NCBI GenBank assembly: GCA_033763315.1
Contig: JANRKS010000002.1
Location: forward strand, 64,001-128,000
Direction: 5' to 3'
DNA length: 64,000 nucleotides
Source: Deltaproteobacteria bacterium
Lineage (GTDB): Bacteria; Myxococcota_A; Polyangia; Fen-1088
Shown: positions 1-9,391 of the stretch, one piece after another
Numbering within the stretch: position 1 is the first letter of the stretch
Layout of the letters: the number at the start of each line of letters is the position of its first letter
Position numbers and translations under genes: made by a program
Notes under the pieces: generated by a model
Told to the model about the DNA's origin: nothing
Seen by the model: the letters and a program-made list of their open reading frames with translations, nothing else
The model's database searches: none

Positions 1-819
1 CATCGACATGTGCGCTTCAAGCCTGTCTTTGTCTGCTGCCGAAATGCGTCGGTTGCTTTGTTTGAGCCGCCGGTAATCCTCAATGACGGCATCGATGAAG
101 GGCTTCTTCGTTGTCGGGTCAACGGCATTGGTGCCGAACAGATTCTGAAACAGGGTTTTGGGGTCGAAGTCGTTTGCGGTGGGCACCCTCACCACGGGGC
201 CCGATCGGCTCGTGGGGTTCTGGTAAGCCCAACGCATCGTGCTGCTGTATTCGCCAAAGAGGAACGATCGCTGGGCGGGCGCGCGGCGGTAGAAATTGGG
301 CGAATAGGCAAGCGCATAGTCAATCGTGGGATTCGGCGCAATGTTCTTTACAGTGGCGGTTGTGGGTGGCTTGTTTTCGGCGATGAACGAAAACGTGGCG
401 TAGTAGTTGCCCAGCGCCATGCCTTCGTTGTGGCCGACGTACCAAGGGACGTCGAGGCCAGCAAGAACGTTCATCTTGCCTACGAGTTTGTCCGTAAGCC
501 GGCTGCTGGGCGCGCGCAGCCAGTCTGAAACATAGGCATCGCCGCCAGCGAGCTTGCGAACGAGCTTTCCCGATCGCGCGTCGTGCCCCGGGAAGATCGT
601 CTTTGTTTCGGTCAAGGTGTCGAGGCTTGGCAGAACGTTTTCCGGATACATCATCCCGTGCGAGTTGCGCACGCAGAAGAAGCGCTTTTGTGTCGTGAAA
701 CCCGGCGCGCCAAGCGCTCTGCCGGGGATTAACGACGGAAGAAACGGTAATCCGATCGTTACGCCGCCGAGGCCGCGCAGCACTTGTCGACGGGTGGCAT
801 CAATTGGCTTGAAGTTCAT
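1..819 (-). CDS. DUF1552-family protein, runs off the window start
   Basis: Not in the ORF track. Manual translation from ATG 819: MNFKPIDATRRQVLRGLGGVTIGLPFLPSL...QKRFFCVRNSHG... ending ...DKDRLEAHMSM at base 1. Twin-Arg leader, ATGA overlap with the upstream stop. Confidence 0.8.
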   Translation of the reverse strand, partial: MNFKPIDATRRQVLRGLGGVTIGLPFLPSLIPGRALGAPGFTTQKRFFCVRNSHGMMYPENVLPSLDTLTETKTIFPGHDARSGKLVRKLAGGDAYVSDWLRAPSSRLTDKLVGKMNVLAGLDVPWYVGHNEGMALGNYYATFSFIAENKPPTTATVKNIAPNPTIDYALAYSPNFYRRAPAQRSFLFGEYSSTMRWAYQNPTSRSGPVVRVPTANDFDPKTLFQNLFGTNAVDPTTKKPFIDAVIEDYRRLKQSNRRISAADKDRLEAHMSM

Positions 820-2666
820 TGAAATACGCGCTCCCTAAACGAAGGCTGCGAAACAGCGGTCACCAACATGTCTCGAAGTGTTTTTCCCTCCATAAGGCTC
901 TTGCGCAGGCTCTCTAATTGGCAACCATCCCTATCGTCCACCTCTCTGCGTCTGTTCAAGAACCGGAAGTATTGCCTGGCCAAGGAAACCTCAAGCTTTC
1001 CGCTTGAGGCAATGGCATCTGCCAGATCAGCTGCCCCTGCCACGCTTACATTGTCCGCGTGGATTTGCGCATCGGTTTTGGTGTTGATCTCGGGCGTGGC
1101 AACCACTTTGCCTGCGCCGTCAAGCACCGTTTCCTTGGTACGAATGCGGCCCAAGGCATCGAACCCTTCAAGGGCAAAGCCCAGCGGGTTGATGAACGTC
1201 AGGTGGCAGGATGCACACACGGGACGTGACTCGGTGATGCTTGCGATGCGCTCTCGGGTGGATGCCGTCGCAGGAATCGTCGTCGCTTCCATCTGCGCAA
1301 TGGCGTTCGCGTTGTCAGGTGGCGGCGGCAGCGCGTCGCCGAGGATTTGCACCCGCACAAACGTTCCGCGCAAGATCGGATGGGTTTCCACCGTGGGCGT
1401 GGCAAGCAACGCCACCCTTGTAAGCAGGCCTGGGCGTTCGGCAAGCCTGGGGACGTCTGACTTGCCATCCCAGACCGATACGCCATAGAGACGAGCCAGC
1501 GCGGCGTCTTTGGCAAAGACACGCGTGTCTTTCATCAACGCTTGCGGTGAAGCAGGGTTAACCAAGAACAGATCGCGCGCCAAAGCCAAAACATCGTCTA
1601 TCGCCGCCTGACGTAGGGTCATCGTTAGCAATGCGCCATCCGCAGCCGCAAAGCTCTGATACCGCGATTCCTGCTTCAAAGAATCAAACCTGGGCACGTC
1701 GTTGAGCAGCAGCCAGTCTGAAACGAATTCATCAATGACTGGCAGCGCCTTGGGATCGGCCAGCATGCGCTTGACCTGCGCATCGTAAGTGGCCTCCTCC
1801 AGAAGCTTTCCGCTTGTGGCCGCCTCCCAAAGCTCGTCGTCGGGGATGGTATTCCAAAGTTGCAAGGCCAAACGGGAAGCGAGCTCCGTCGCCGTTAGGG
1901 CGCTTTGCCCTGGGCCTGGGCTGGAATTTTCCGTTCCTGATTCAATCGTGTAGAAGAAATCAGGACTGGCAAACAAGATCCCGATGAGCTGGGCGAGAGC
2001 CGTGGCATCCAGGGCCTTCGCGGTGTATTTGCTCATGTAGAACGTTTCGTCATCTGCCGTGAGCGGTCGTCGCAACAATCGAGGACCCACGCGGCGAAGG
2101 AACTCAAGCACGCAAGGTTTTGTGTCTGCCGCGGCGGCGCAATCACCCAGCAACGCACCCACGCGAGCGTCTGTGGTTAACGCTAGACCCACGGCCTCCG
2201 CCGTACGATAAGAGGCGGCAACCAACTCCGTGACGACACCCAAGTCCATGCGACGATATAGCCCTCGCGTCTTTGAACCTGCCGCGGGCGCAACATCAGA
2301 GGGCCAGGTGGAAAGAGCCGACGCCACTTCAGCCTGGGCGGCCCCGGCGAGATCAGGCTTCTGCAGGGCCATGGCAATCAGGTCATTGACCACGTTCTTT
2401 ACTTGCGTGGCGCTCAAGCGTCGCAGCGGCGTGTCGAGCGGTGAAGCTTTGGAATCGCATTGGAATGCCAGGTCCGCCGCACTGGCTGCGCCCCCTTGGC
2501 CGCCGCTGTCGCTGCCGGCACTGTTTCCAGCGACGTCCGCGCCGCCGTTACCTCCGGTGGCATCGCTGCCGTCGTTGCTCACCGATCCTGTGCAAGCGAT
2601 GGGGATAAAACTCAATAACAGGCCGGCCAACAGCAGCGATCGAGAAGGGGGGTCTTGGTGCATCAT
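816..2666 (-). CDS. DUF1592/DUF1588/DUF1595-type lipoprotein with a c-type heme motif
   Basis: Lipobox-like IPIAC, PLRRLS, ELASRLALQLWNTIPDDEL, RPGLLTR, HPILRG, CASCH, NPLGFALEGFDALGRIR. Confidence 0.85.
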   Translation of the reverse strand: MMHQDPPSRSLLLAGLLLSFIPIACTGSVSNDGSDATGGNGGADVAGNSAGSDSGGQGGAASAADLAFQCDSKASPLDTPLRRLSATQVKNVVNDLIAMALQKPDLAGAAQAEVASALSTWPSDVAPAAGSKTRGLYRRMDLGVVTELVAASYRTAEAVGLALTTDARVGALLGDCAAAADTKPCVLEFLRRVGPRLLRRPLTADDETFYMSKYTAKALDATALAQLIGILFASPDFFYTIESGTENSSPGPGQSALTATELASRLALQLWNTIPDDELWEAATSGKLLEEATYDAQVKRMLADPKALPVIDEFVSDWLLLNDVPRFDSLKQESRYQSFAAADGALLTMTLRQAAIDDVLALARDLFLVNPASPQALMKDTRVFAKDAALARLYGVSVWDGKSDVPRLAERPGLLTRVALLATPTVETHPILRGTFVRVQILGDALPPPPDNANAIAQMEATTIPATASTRERIASITESRPVCASCHLTFINPLGFALEGFDALGRIRTKETVLDGAGKVVATPEINTKTDAQIHADNVSVAGAADLADAIASSGKLEVSLARQYFRFLNRRREVDDRDGCQLESLRKSLMEGKTLRDMLVTAVSQPSFRERVFQ

Positions 2667-2997
2667 AACCTCCGTAGGTGGCCGTCAAACAGACATTCGG
2701 CCTTTCTAGAAGGTAGGTGAACGGCAACCTTTCCCCATGGTTCGAAACATGATCGACGTTCTCTGTATAAATACGGAGACGCGGTGCTTTGGGCGGTGGC
2801 TGCATGCCTCTGCGGGGATTCCTCAAAGTCACGGTGGCCTCAAACGGGGCTGTGCGAAGTTTGGGTGCTGGACTCACTGGGTCTCGTGGTACTCCTTTTT
2901 GACGGTTGGCTGAGCGCCCCTATGGGTTCTTTGGGATGGGTCTTGTGCGAGGGCTGAACTCGGTCGGATCAAACAAAGTGCCTTGGAGACCTATTGA

Positions 2998-3513
2998 ATG
3001 CGATCAATGATATTTGCGGGTCTGATGCTGTTGCTATCCGACGGGTGTGACTCGGGAGGCAATGCGGCTAGCGGTCAACTACGTCCGCCCGATGAAGCCA
3101 ACCTCGCGAAGTTCAAGCAGTGCTATCCCGAGTGTTTCGCGGTGATTCTGGCACAGCAGGGGTGCGTGCCCGCAGGGGCGTGCATGACCCAAGCAGGAAA
3201 AGGGGTCTGCTACGACAACGGGGTGCGACTCCTGTTCTCGTCACAAGCCGGCGTGCTACAGCAACGCACGGTTACCAAGGATGGCGCCACTTGCTACATC
3301 AACCAGTTCTCACCTGACGCGACGACGGTGAAGGTGGTCGATGCGGCCGGCGCCCCGCTGGCACAAATCGTTAGTCCGTCGGGGCAGAAACGTATGCAAA
3401 TCACGTGCGGCAACGGTGAAACCTTTGACGTCGATACGAGCTCGGAAGCCTGCTCGGCAGCGAACGCCATCGAAGGTGCCGCCGCCGGTTGCTCGACTGG
3501 CACTTGCCAGTAG
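2998..3513 (+). CDS. Cys-rich putative lipoprotein of unknown function
   Basis: Hydrophobic N-terminus ending SDGC, about ten further Cys, GGAG upstream. Confidence 0.65.
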   Translation: MRSMIFAGLMLLLSDGCDSGGNAASGQLRPPDEANLAKFKQCYPECFAVILAQQGCVPAGACMTQAGKGVCYDNGVRLLFSSQAGVLQQRTVTKDGATCYINQFSPDATTVKVVDAAGAPLAQIVSPSGQKRMQITCGNGETFDVDTSSEACSAANAIEGAAAGCSTGTCQ

Positions 3514-3555
3514 GAGCTCAGTTGCGGTGTTCCCATGGAACGACGAAAGCGCGTG

Positions 3556-4305
3556 CTAGGGGTCGCGGCCGTGGGCAACCGCCTGCGTGCGCAACTCATT
3601 GATGAGGCGGTACCATTGCGCGGGCGGACGATCGAGGAAGGGTTGATTGATGCGCGTCCAGGTTCTTGCCTGCGGTGCGAGCTCGCCCAAGCAGCCGCCT
3701 TGGGGCCGGTTGTGTTCGATGCCACCGTAACAAGTTGGAAGAAATTTTTCGTAGCGTTGGCGTTCGTAATCTGAAAGTTCCGCCATCGACATGGTGAACC
3801 TTAAAGGTGGCAAATGTTCGCGTCGCAGAGGCGCCGGCTGCGTCTCTCCCGTAAAGCTGAAGTAGTCATGCCGCGACAGTTGGCTGATGGGCCGGCTGGC
3901 TTCCGCGTACAAACGCGCGCGCCCACGCGTGGGCGAGTAAAAGTCGATCCTTACGGCCTTGCCTTCTTTGACGCTGCAATACACGTCGACCACGATCACC
4001 CGTCCATTCTGATAGGCACAGGCGTATGAGCGTTGAATGCCTTGCCACGGCCCCGTCCCGATGTGCTGAAGTGGCGCCAAAAGGGCATCTGCGAGCGCCT
4101 CCTCAAGCGTATAAAGTGCAGCCGAGGCCGTGGCGTCTGGTGGCGGGGAAGCCGCGGCGGTGGGCGGCGGCAAAGGCGCGATGTTTGAAGATGGTGGCGC
4201 CGGCCGTTGAGCCACTACGCATGCCGATGTGAGGCACGCTATCCCTACGATCAGTCGCAGACGACCCATCTGGAGATTGTAGGCGCGGTGGAGTGCATTT
4301 TCCAA
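3556..4305 (-). CDS. Hypothetical lipoprotein with a Pro-rich linker
   Basis: MGRLRLIVGIACLTSAC lipobox-like. True start is probably the ATG near 4269. Confidence 0.6.
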   Translation of the reverse strand: MENALHRAYNLQMGRLRLIVGIACLTSACVVAQRPAPPSSNIAPLPPPTAAASPPPDATASAALYTLEEALADALLAPLQHIGTGPWQGIQRSYACAYQNGRVIVVDVYCSVKEGKAVRIDFYSPTRGRARLYAEASRPISQLSRHDYFSFTGETQPAPLRREHLPPLRFTMSMAELSDYERQRYEKFLPTCYGGIEHNRPQGGCLGELAPQARTWTRINQPFLDRPPAQWYRLINELRTQAVAHGRDP

Positions 4306-4392
4306 ATCGCTCGTGTGGTCGTGCCGGCGGAAATGTCCTCGGTTTCTGTCGAGGCTTGAGCTTGGGGGGAAATCCAGGTCTTCAACGCGCCA

Positions 4393-5262
4393 TCATCCGC
4401 CTTCAGACGCGAGCTTGAAGATCGCGCTGTGGTCTAAATCGCCATCGCCTTGAGCAATGAGTTGAGCAAACTGGCGCCGCATCAAGTGCAGCAATGGCGC
4501 CTCCAACCCGAGGGTTCGGGCCACCGCGGAGGCGGCTTCTAGATCCTTCACCTGGTTGGTGATGGTTCCACCAGGCGCGAAGTTGCCTTGCAACATGCGC
4601 TCGCCATGTTCTTGAAGAATGCGGCTGTCCGCGAATCCACCCGCCAACGCGTCGCGAACCGCTTTCGGATCCGCGCCTGCACGCCGAACGAAGGCTAGCG
4701 CTTCCGCCACGCCTCCAAGAGTGATGGCCACGATCAACTGATTGGCGAGCTTGGCGATCTGACCCATGCCGTTGGGCCCCACGTGAACCGGGCGGCCCAT
4801 TGACGTCAACAGGGGACGCATGCGCGCAAAAAACTCCGCATGGCCTCCCGCCATAATGGCAAGCGTGCCGGCGGCGGCGCCCTTGGTGCCACCTGAGACC
4901 GGTGCATCCAAGGCAGCGATGCCCAAGGTTTGCAATCGCCGCGCGTGCTCGATCGCCGCGTCGGGCGCGATCGAACTCATATCGATGACCGTTGCGTCTG
5001 CGGGCAATGCGGATGCCACGCCCGTCTCGAACAGCACGTGCGCCACAGCATGTGCATCGGTGAGCATGGTGATCAGAACGTCAGAATGTGACGCCAGCGC
5101 GGCGGGGCTGTCGAAGAAGATCGCCCCGGCGTTCACCAGTGGCGCGCACTTGTGGGGTGATCGGTTCCAAACCTGCACACGATGACCTGCGGCGAGAAGG
5201 TTTGCCGCCATGGGAAGACCCATGCGACCTATGCCGATAAAGCCGATGCTCCGCGGGTTCAT
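4393..5262 (-). CDS. NAD(P)-dependent beta-hydroxyacid dehydrogenase (2-hydroxy-3-oxopropionate reductase/GarR family)
   Basis: IGFIGIGRMG Rossmann motif, LDAPVSGG, AKLANQ catalytic Lys, GGFADSRIL. Confidence 0.85.
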   Translation of the reverse strand: MNPRSIGFIGIGRMGLPMAANLLAAGHRVQVWNRSPHKCAPLVNAGAIFFDSPAALASHSDVLITMLTDAHAVAHVLFETGVASALPADATVIDMSSIAPDAAIEHARRLQTLGIAALDAPVSGGTKGAAAGTLAIMAGGHAEFFARMRPLLTSMGRPVHVGPNGMGQIAKLANQLIVAITLGGVAEALAFVRRAGADPKAVRDALAGGFADSRILQEHGERMLQGNFAPGGTITNQVKDLEAASAVARTLGLEAPLLHLMRRQFAQLIAQGDGDLDHSAIFKLASEGG

Positions 5263-6242
5263 GTTTGCGGCCGCTGGTTGAGCTCGTCTTCGATGAAGTT
5301 CTGCACGATGGATCGGACCTCGCTGTCGCCGCGAAAGCCCAACGCCACGGCTCGATCGGCGTGAAAGCGCACAGGCCAGCCATTGACGATGTTCAGAATC
5401 TTCTCGTCAGGTCCAAAACTGACAAGCGACGCCGCGTCGGCGCCGGCCACAGAGCCAACGGCATCAAGCATGTCGCTCACAGGCAGCGTGAGACCGGGAA
5501 GTTGCACCGCCGTTGTATCGCCAAGCTGGTGCCGCGACAGCGAGGCAGCGTGGATGAAAGCGTCCACGACTCTGCGCACTGACAGCAAACTCACAAGGGT
5601 TTCGGGAGGAACAGGGCAGCAAAAGCGACGGCCTTCTAAAGGTTCACGCACCAGCGAACTCGCGAAGGATGACGCCGCCAGATTGGGTCGTCCCGGGCGC
5701 ACAACGATGGTTGGCAGGCGCAAGCAGCAACCTTGCAAGAAGCCTCGGCGGTCGTAGTCGTTGATCAAAAGTTCCGCGATCGCCTTTTGCACCCCGTACG
5801 AAGTTTGCGGTGCGAGCGCCGTGAATGTTCCAACGGTTGATGGCATGTGGCCGCCATAAACGGCCGCTGAGCTTGCCATCACCACGGTGGGGTTTGTATT
5901 TAAGGTGCGGCACCGCTCCAGCAGGAGCTGGGTGCCCTGCAAATTAATGCGGTATCCGAGGTCGAAATCCGCCTCAGCTGCCATGCTTACGGCCGCCGCC
6001 AAGTGGAACACGATGCGTGTGTCTTTGTTCAACGCGCGGTGCAAAATGTCAGGATTCGTTGTGTCGCCGTTGATCGCGACCAAGCGCGGGTCAGTGGAGG
6101 ATCGAGGGGTGGCAACGTCCAACACGACGATGCGGCTTATCTCTTCTGTGCCGCGGGCTGTTTTCAGCGAGCCCTGCCGCAAAAGCGCGCCGCACAGTTT
6201 GCTGCCGATGAAGCCAGCTCCACCCGTGATCAATATCTCCAT
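5259..6242 (-). CDS. denD: Extended SDR, D-erythronate dehydrogenase-like
   Basis: ITGGAGFIG, HLAAAVSMAAEADFDLGYRIN, YGVQK (YxxxK), RLPTIVVRPGRPNLAASSFAS. Confidence 0.7.
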   Translation of the reverse strand: MEILITGGAGFIGSKLCGALLRQGSLKTARGTEEISRIVVLDVATPRSSTDPRLVAINGDTTNPDILHRALNKDTRIVFHLAAAVSMAAEADFDLGYRINLQGTQLLLERCRTLNTNPTVVMASSAAVYGGHMPSTVGTFTALAPQTSYGVQKAIAELLINDYDRRGFLQGCCLRLPTIVVRPGRPNLAASSFASSLVREPLEGRRFCCPVPPETLVSLLSVRRVVDAFIHAASLSRHQLGDTTAVQLPGLTLPVSDMLDAVGSVAGADAASLVSFGPDEKILNIVNGWPVRFHADRAVALGFRGDSEVRSIVQNFIEDELNQRPQT

Positions 6243-6311
6243 GCTACGTCACTAGCAAAGGCCCGTTGTCCAGAACCGGCGAACATGCACACTTTCGTGC
6301 GCGTTATGGTT

Positions 6312-7241
6312 TTATCCCTGGTTCTGTTTTGGTTGCCTGTTTCGGCGGGCCCGCGCCCAAATCACCAAACGCTCCGCGGGCCAAAAGCCCACAAAAGCCG
6401 CGCCGGTGAGAGGGTAGGGAAAAGCCACGGCCATCAGTAGCAGAATTCCCGCATGAAACGCCACGATGGCGATGGCCCAAATCCGCAGCGTGCGCCACGA
6501 AACGAGCGCCAGCGGCGCCAACACCTCGAGTGCCAGGCTGGCGCTGGCAAGCGGCGCGAACAGCGCTGGATGAGCGAGAGCCGCTGACCCTATGCTTGAG
6601 TAAACCGCGCCAAGCTCGGCTTTGCGGACGTTGTCGAAGGCGATTTGGTTGCGAAGAAATTCTCCTGCAGCCCAATGCAAGCCATCACCTCGAAGCTTAG
6701 CCACACCGGCCATGAAGTACACGGCCACCGTGAGAATGGCCAGCGTGGCCAACGGCCACCCATAGCGTGGCGAAGCGACGGGCGTGGGGCGTGTGCGTGC
6801 ATCGATAGAGACAGCGTCGGCGGCCGGGGCGAACGCGATCACGATCGCGTGCAATGCCAGCAGATTCTCGGAGTGAAAGATCATCCCCCAACTGCAACGA
6901 TAGGTGCTTACGAAGAGAAACGCTGCCGCTGCCAGTGGCCCCGTCACGGTATGGCGCCAACCCACGGCCACAAGGAGACCGGCGGCGATGGCCACGACGT
7001 TGATTGCCACCACCAGTTCCCACGGTGGGGGTGCAACAAAAGGTGCCAGAACACCCACAGGACGAAAGGCGTCTGTTCCCAAGTTGTGCGTGCGCAGCGT
7101 GGCCGGCAGCAGGCCCACGGAAGTGGCGGCCAGGAACAACCCAATCACGATGCGCACCACCGCCAGTCGTTCCGCTGGCGCGGGAGCGAAGAACGCGTTG
7201 TCTGCGCGTTGCAACCAACCAAGCCCAAAGGTCTTCGTCAT
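6312..7241 (-). CDS. HTTM-domain membrane protein
   Basis: Multiple TM helices, PAERLAVVRI, YFMAGVAKL, FHAGILLLM. ATG 7241 overlaps the upstream stop. Confidence 0.7.
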   Translation of the reverse strand: MTKTFGLGWLQRADNAFFAPAPAERLAVVRIVIGLFLAATSVGLLPATLRTHNLGTDAFRPVGVLAPFVAPPPWELVVAINVVAIAAGLLVAVGWRHTVTGPLAAAAFLFVSTYRCSWGMIFHSENLLALHAIVIAFAPAADAVSIDARTRPTPVASPRYGWPLATLAILTVAVYFMAGVAKLRGDGLHWAAGEFLRNQIAFDNVRKAELGAVYSSIGSAALAHPALFAPLASASLALEVLAPLALVSWRTLRIWAIAIVAFHAGILLLMAVAFPYPLTGAAFVGFWPAERLVIWARARRNRQPKQNQG

Positions 7242-7687
7242 GGCGCATCCGTTTCGTGGGGCACCGGGCACCGCGCGTGCTCAACCCGTTGCAAGGGCAA
7301 GCGGCCGCCGCTGTTGCGAAAGTAAGCAACAGAGTCATAGGTGCTTGTGGCAACGCTGAGCTCGTTGACACCCATGCGCGCTTGCTTGCTGAGGTTGCGT
7401 GCAACTCGTTCGCACAGCGCGCTCGCGTTGCCAAGCGCGATGGCTCGGCCGATCGTGGCGGCCGCTTGCATCACGGCACCGTTGGCCACAAATTCAGGCG
7501 CCACAGGCTGGGCACTCCCATCGGCGGCCAGCGCCAACACGTGCACGGTTTCCATCACCCGGTCCCGCTTGTGCGTGAACATCGGGTACGACGAAATCGG
7601 AAAATCGTCGCGCCCCACCGGCCACCCCAGGGGCAGCAAAACGCCCGCGAGCAGCGAGACAAGGACACCATATGCACGCAAGCGCAT
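7238..7687 (-). CDS. Hypothetical membrane-anchored partner of the HTTM protein
   Basis: N-terminal TM followed by DDFPISSYPMF, coupled to the HTTM gene. Start re-called at MRLRAYG. Confidence 0.6.
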   Translation of the reverse strand: MRLRAYGVLVSLLAGVLLPLGWPVGRDDFPISSYPMFTHKRDRVMETVHVLALAADGSAQPVAPEFVANGAVMQAAATIGRAIALGNASALCERVARNLSKQARMGVNELSVATSTYDSVAYFRNSGGRLPLQRVEHARCPVPHETDAP

Positions 7688-7805
7688 TTCGAGCGGCAGC
7701 CTTAGCACGCCCGACGTGTTTGAACAGCGCGTCTGTGCGTAAACTCGCCATGAGTCAGGCGCGGAATGCTGTGGCCCGAGAGGCGGGGTGCGCAGGCGTG
7801 CGCCA

Positions 7806-8279
7806 TTATGACCGCGCGCCGCAGCGGACCCACAACAGCAAAAGGTCTCGCTCGCCCTCGGTGATGGCCGGGGCCTCGGGCGGCGGCATCGCGCATCTGA
7901 GCAATTCGTCACGCACGGCTGCGGCCCAGTCGGCAACGTGCTGATAATCAGTCAGGGGCCACGGGCCCATGGGGCGTCCATCATGGCAGGTCACACAACG
8001 GTTCGTGATGATCTGCGCAACCTCCGCGTATCGAGGTGCGGGCAGGGAGCAAGACGAAGGGGCTTGGACATTGCACAGCGCCGCAGACGCGTCGATGTCG
8101 CCTGCAGCGTCTAACCCAAGAGGTATTTGTGAATCGTCTGCCACCGAAGCATCAGCCTCACCGGCGTCATGAAAGGCCGCGTCGTTGTGAGCGAGGTCTG
8201 CGCTATCGGAATCGCACGCTCCGAACGCCACTGTGATGAACGCTAGCGCGCAGTGGATCGACGCTCGCAGGGCAGACAT
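7806..8279 (-). CDS. Small monoheme c-type cytochrome lipoprotein
   Basis: VAFGAC lipobox, RCVTCH, distal MPP Met ligand. Start re-called at MSALRAS. Confidence 0.65.
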   Translation of the reverse strand: MSALRASIHCALAFITVAFGACDSDSADLAHNDAAFHDAGEADASVADDSQIPLGLDAAGDIDASAALCNVQAPSSCSLPAPRYAEVAQIITNRCVTCHDGRPMGPWPLTDYQHVADWAAAVRDELLRCAMPPPEAPAITEGERDLLLLWVRCGARS

Positions 8280-8408
8280 GCTTCGCAATGTACGCAGCTT
8301 CCTTCGATGCTTCAAGCTTGCGGGGGCGGCGGTGAGGCATCTGCGACAACAAACCGCACCGCGGCTGCGAGGCCGATCCCGTACACTGGCGCACCAAAGG
8401 AGAAATTG

Positions 8409-9110
8409 ATGGGAAAAACAAGCGCTCTTCTGTTTGCCGTAAGTATCGTGGGGTTGTCAGGCGGAGCGGCCAACGCCCACGTGTCTGTCGTAGGGGGCAC
8501 AGGGTTCGCGAACCAAACACAAGAAATCAAGTTTGGGGTGGGCCATGGTTGCGCCGGCGTCGATACCTTAAGCGTTCGGGTTGAAATTCCCGCAGGCGTA
8601 ACTTCCGTGCGCGCCATAGGCAGCACATTGGGGGCCCCGACGGTTGAACTGAACGACGCGGGCGTCGTCACGGCCGTGACATGGCAAAAGCCCACCAGCG
8701 CGCTCGTGGAGGGCGATCCCAACTACTACACCGTATCGATCCGCGCGAAGTTACCTGACGCGCCGTTTTCGACCCTGTATTTCCCGACGCGGCAGATATG
8801 CAGTACACCCAGCGGCGTGAAGAGCCCCCCAGTTGACTGGAGCGCCATCGGGGAGCCGGTTGATGCAGGTGCCGACGAACCCGCGCCAAGCTTGTTGTTG
8901 CTGCCGGCTCGCAGCCCCGGATGGAACAAATACTTGGTGCCGAAACCTCTGGCCAATTTGAAGGCCGCGTTCGGCGACGCTCAGATCGTTTGGCGTGGCA
9001 CAGCCGCCTTCAGCGCCAACGCTGCCACAACTGAACTCATCAGCGCCACGTCGGGCGTCACAGCGCTAACGGCTCTTGCCGCCGGCGACATCGTGTGGGT
9101 GAGGTACTGA
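8409..9110 (+). CDS. YcnI/DUF1775-family copper-binding protein with a C-terminal extension
   Basis: Signal peptide ending ANA-HVSV (N-terminal His), FGVGHGC, LYFPTRQIC, PAPSL. AAGGAG RBS. Confidence 0.75.
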   Translation: MGKTSALLFAVSIVGLSGGAANAHVSVVGGTGFANQTQEIKFGVGHGCAGVDTLSVRVEIPAGVTSVRAIGSTLGAPTVELNDAGVVTAVTWQKPTSALVEGDPNYYTVSIRAKLPDAPFSTLYFPTRQICSTPSGVKSPPVDWSAIGEPVDAGADEPAPSLLLLPARSPGWNKYLVPKPLANLKAAFGDAQIVWRGTAAFSANAATTELISATSGVTALTALAAGDIVWVRY

Positions 9111-9370
9111 TGCGAAGGCTGCTGATGGCGGTTTGCGCTTTGATGGTCGTCATTGGCGGTGGCGCCGCCGTGATTTCATGTGACGACGATGACGGCACCA
9201 GTACGGATGCAGGGCAAGTTTTGATTGACGCCGCCGCAGACACAGGTTTTCAGGAGGACGCCGCGCGCGCGAACGCAGCAACCCTTTGCGTCGACCGGCC
9301 TGGTGAACTGCCCCGGCCACCCGCAGGGATTCTGCCTTGCGACCTGATACCGCCAGGGCTGTCTCTCTGA
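9110..9370 (+). CDS. Small lipoprotein with a C-terminal Cys pair
   Basis: TGATG overlap, AVISC lipobox, CVDRPGELPRPPAGILPCDLIPP. Confidence 0.6.
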   Translation: MRRLLMAVCALMVVIGGGAAVISCDDDDGTSTDAGQVLIDAAADTGFQEDAARANAATLCVDRPGELPRPPAGILPCDLIPPGLSL

Positions 9371-9391
9371 AGCGTCGCTAACCGTGCTCAC

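Noticed and set aside
10-838. Plus-strand ORFs at the window start
   Set aside because: They are antisense to the DUF1552 gene on the minus strand.
2730-2755. GGTTCGAAAC resembling a tRNA T-loop
   Set aside because: There is no proper T-stem or cloverleaf.
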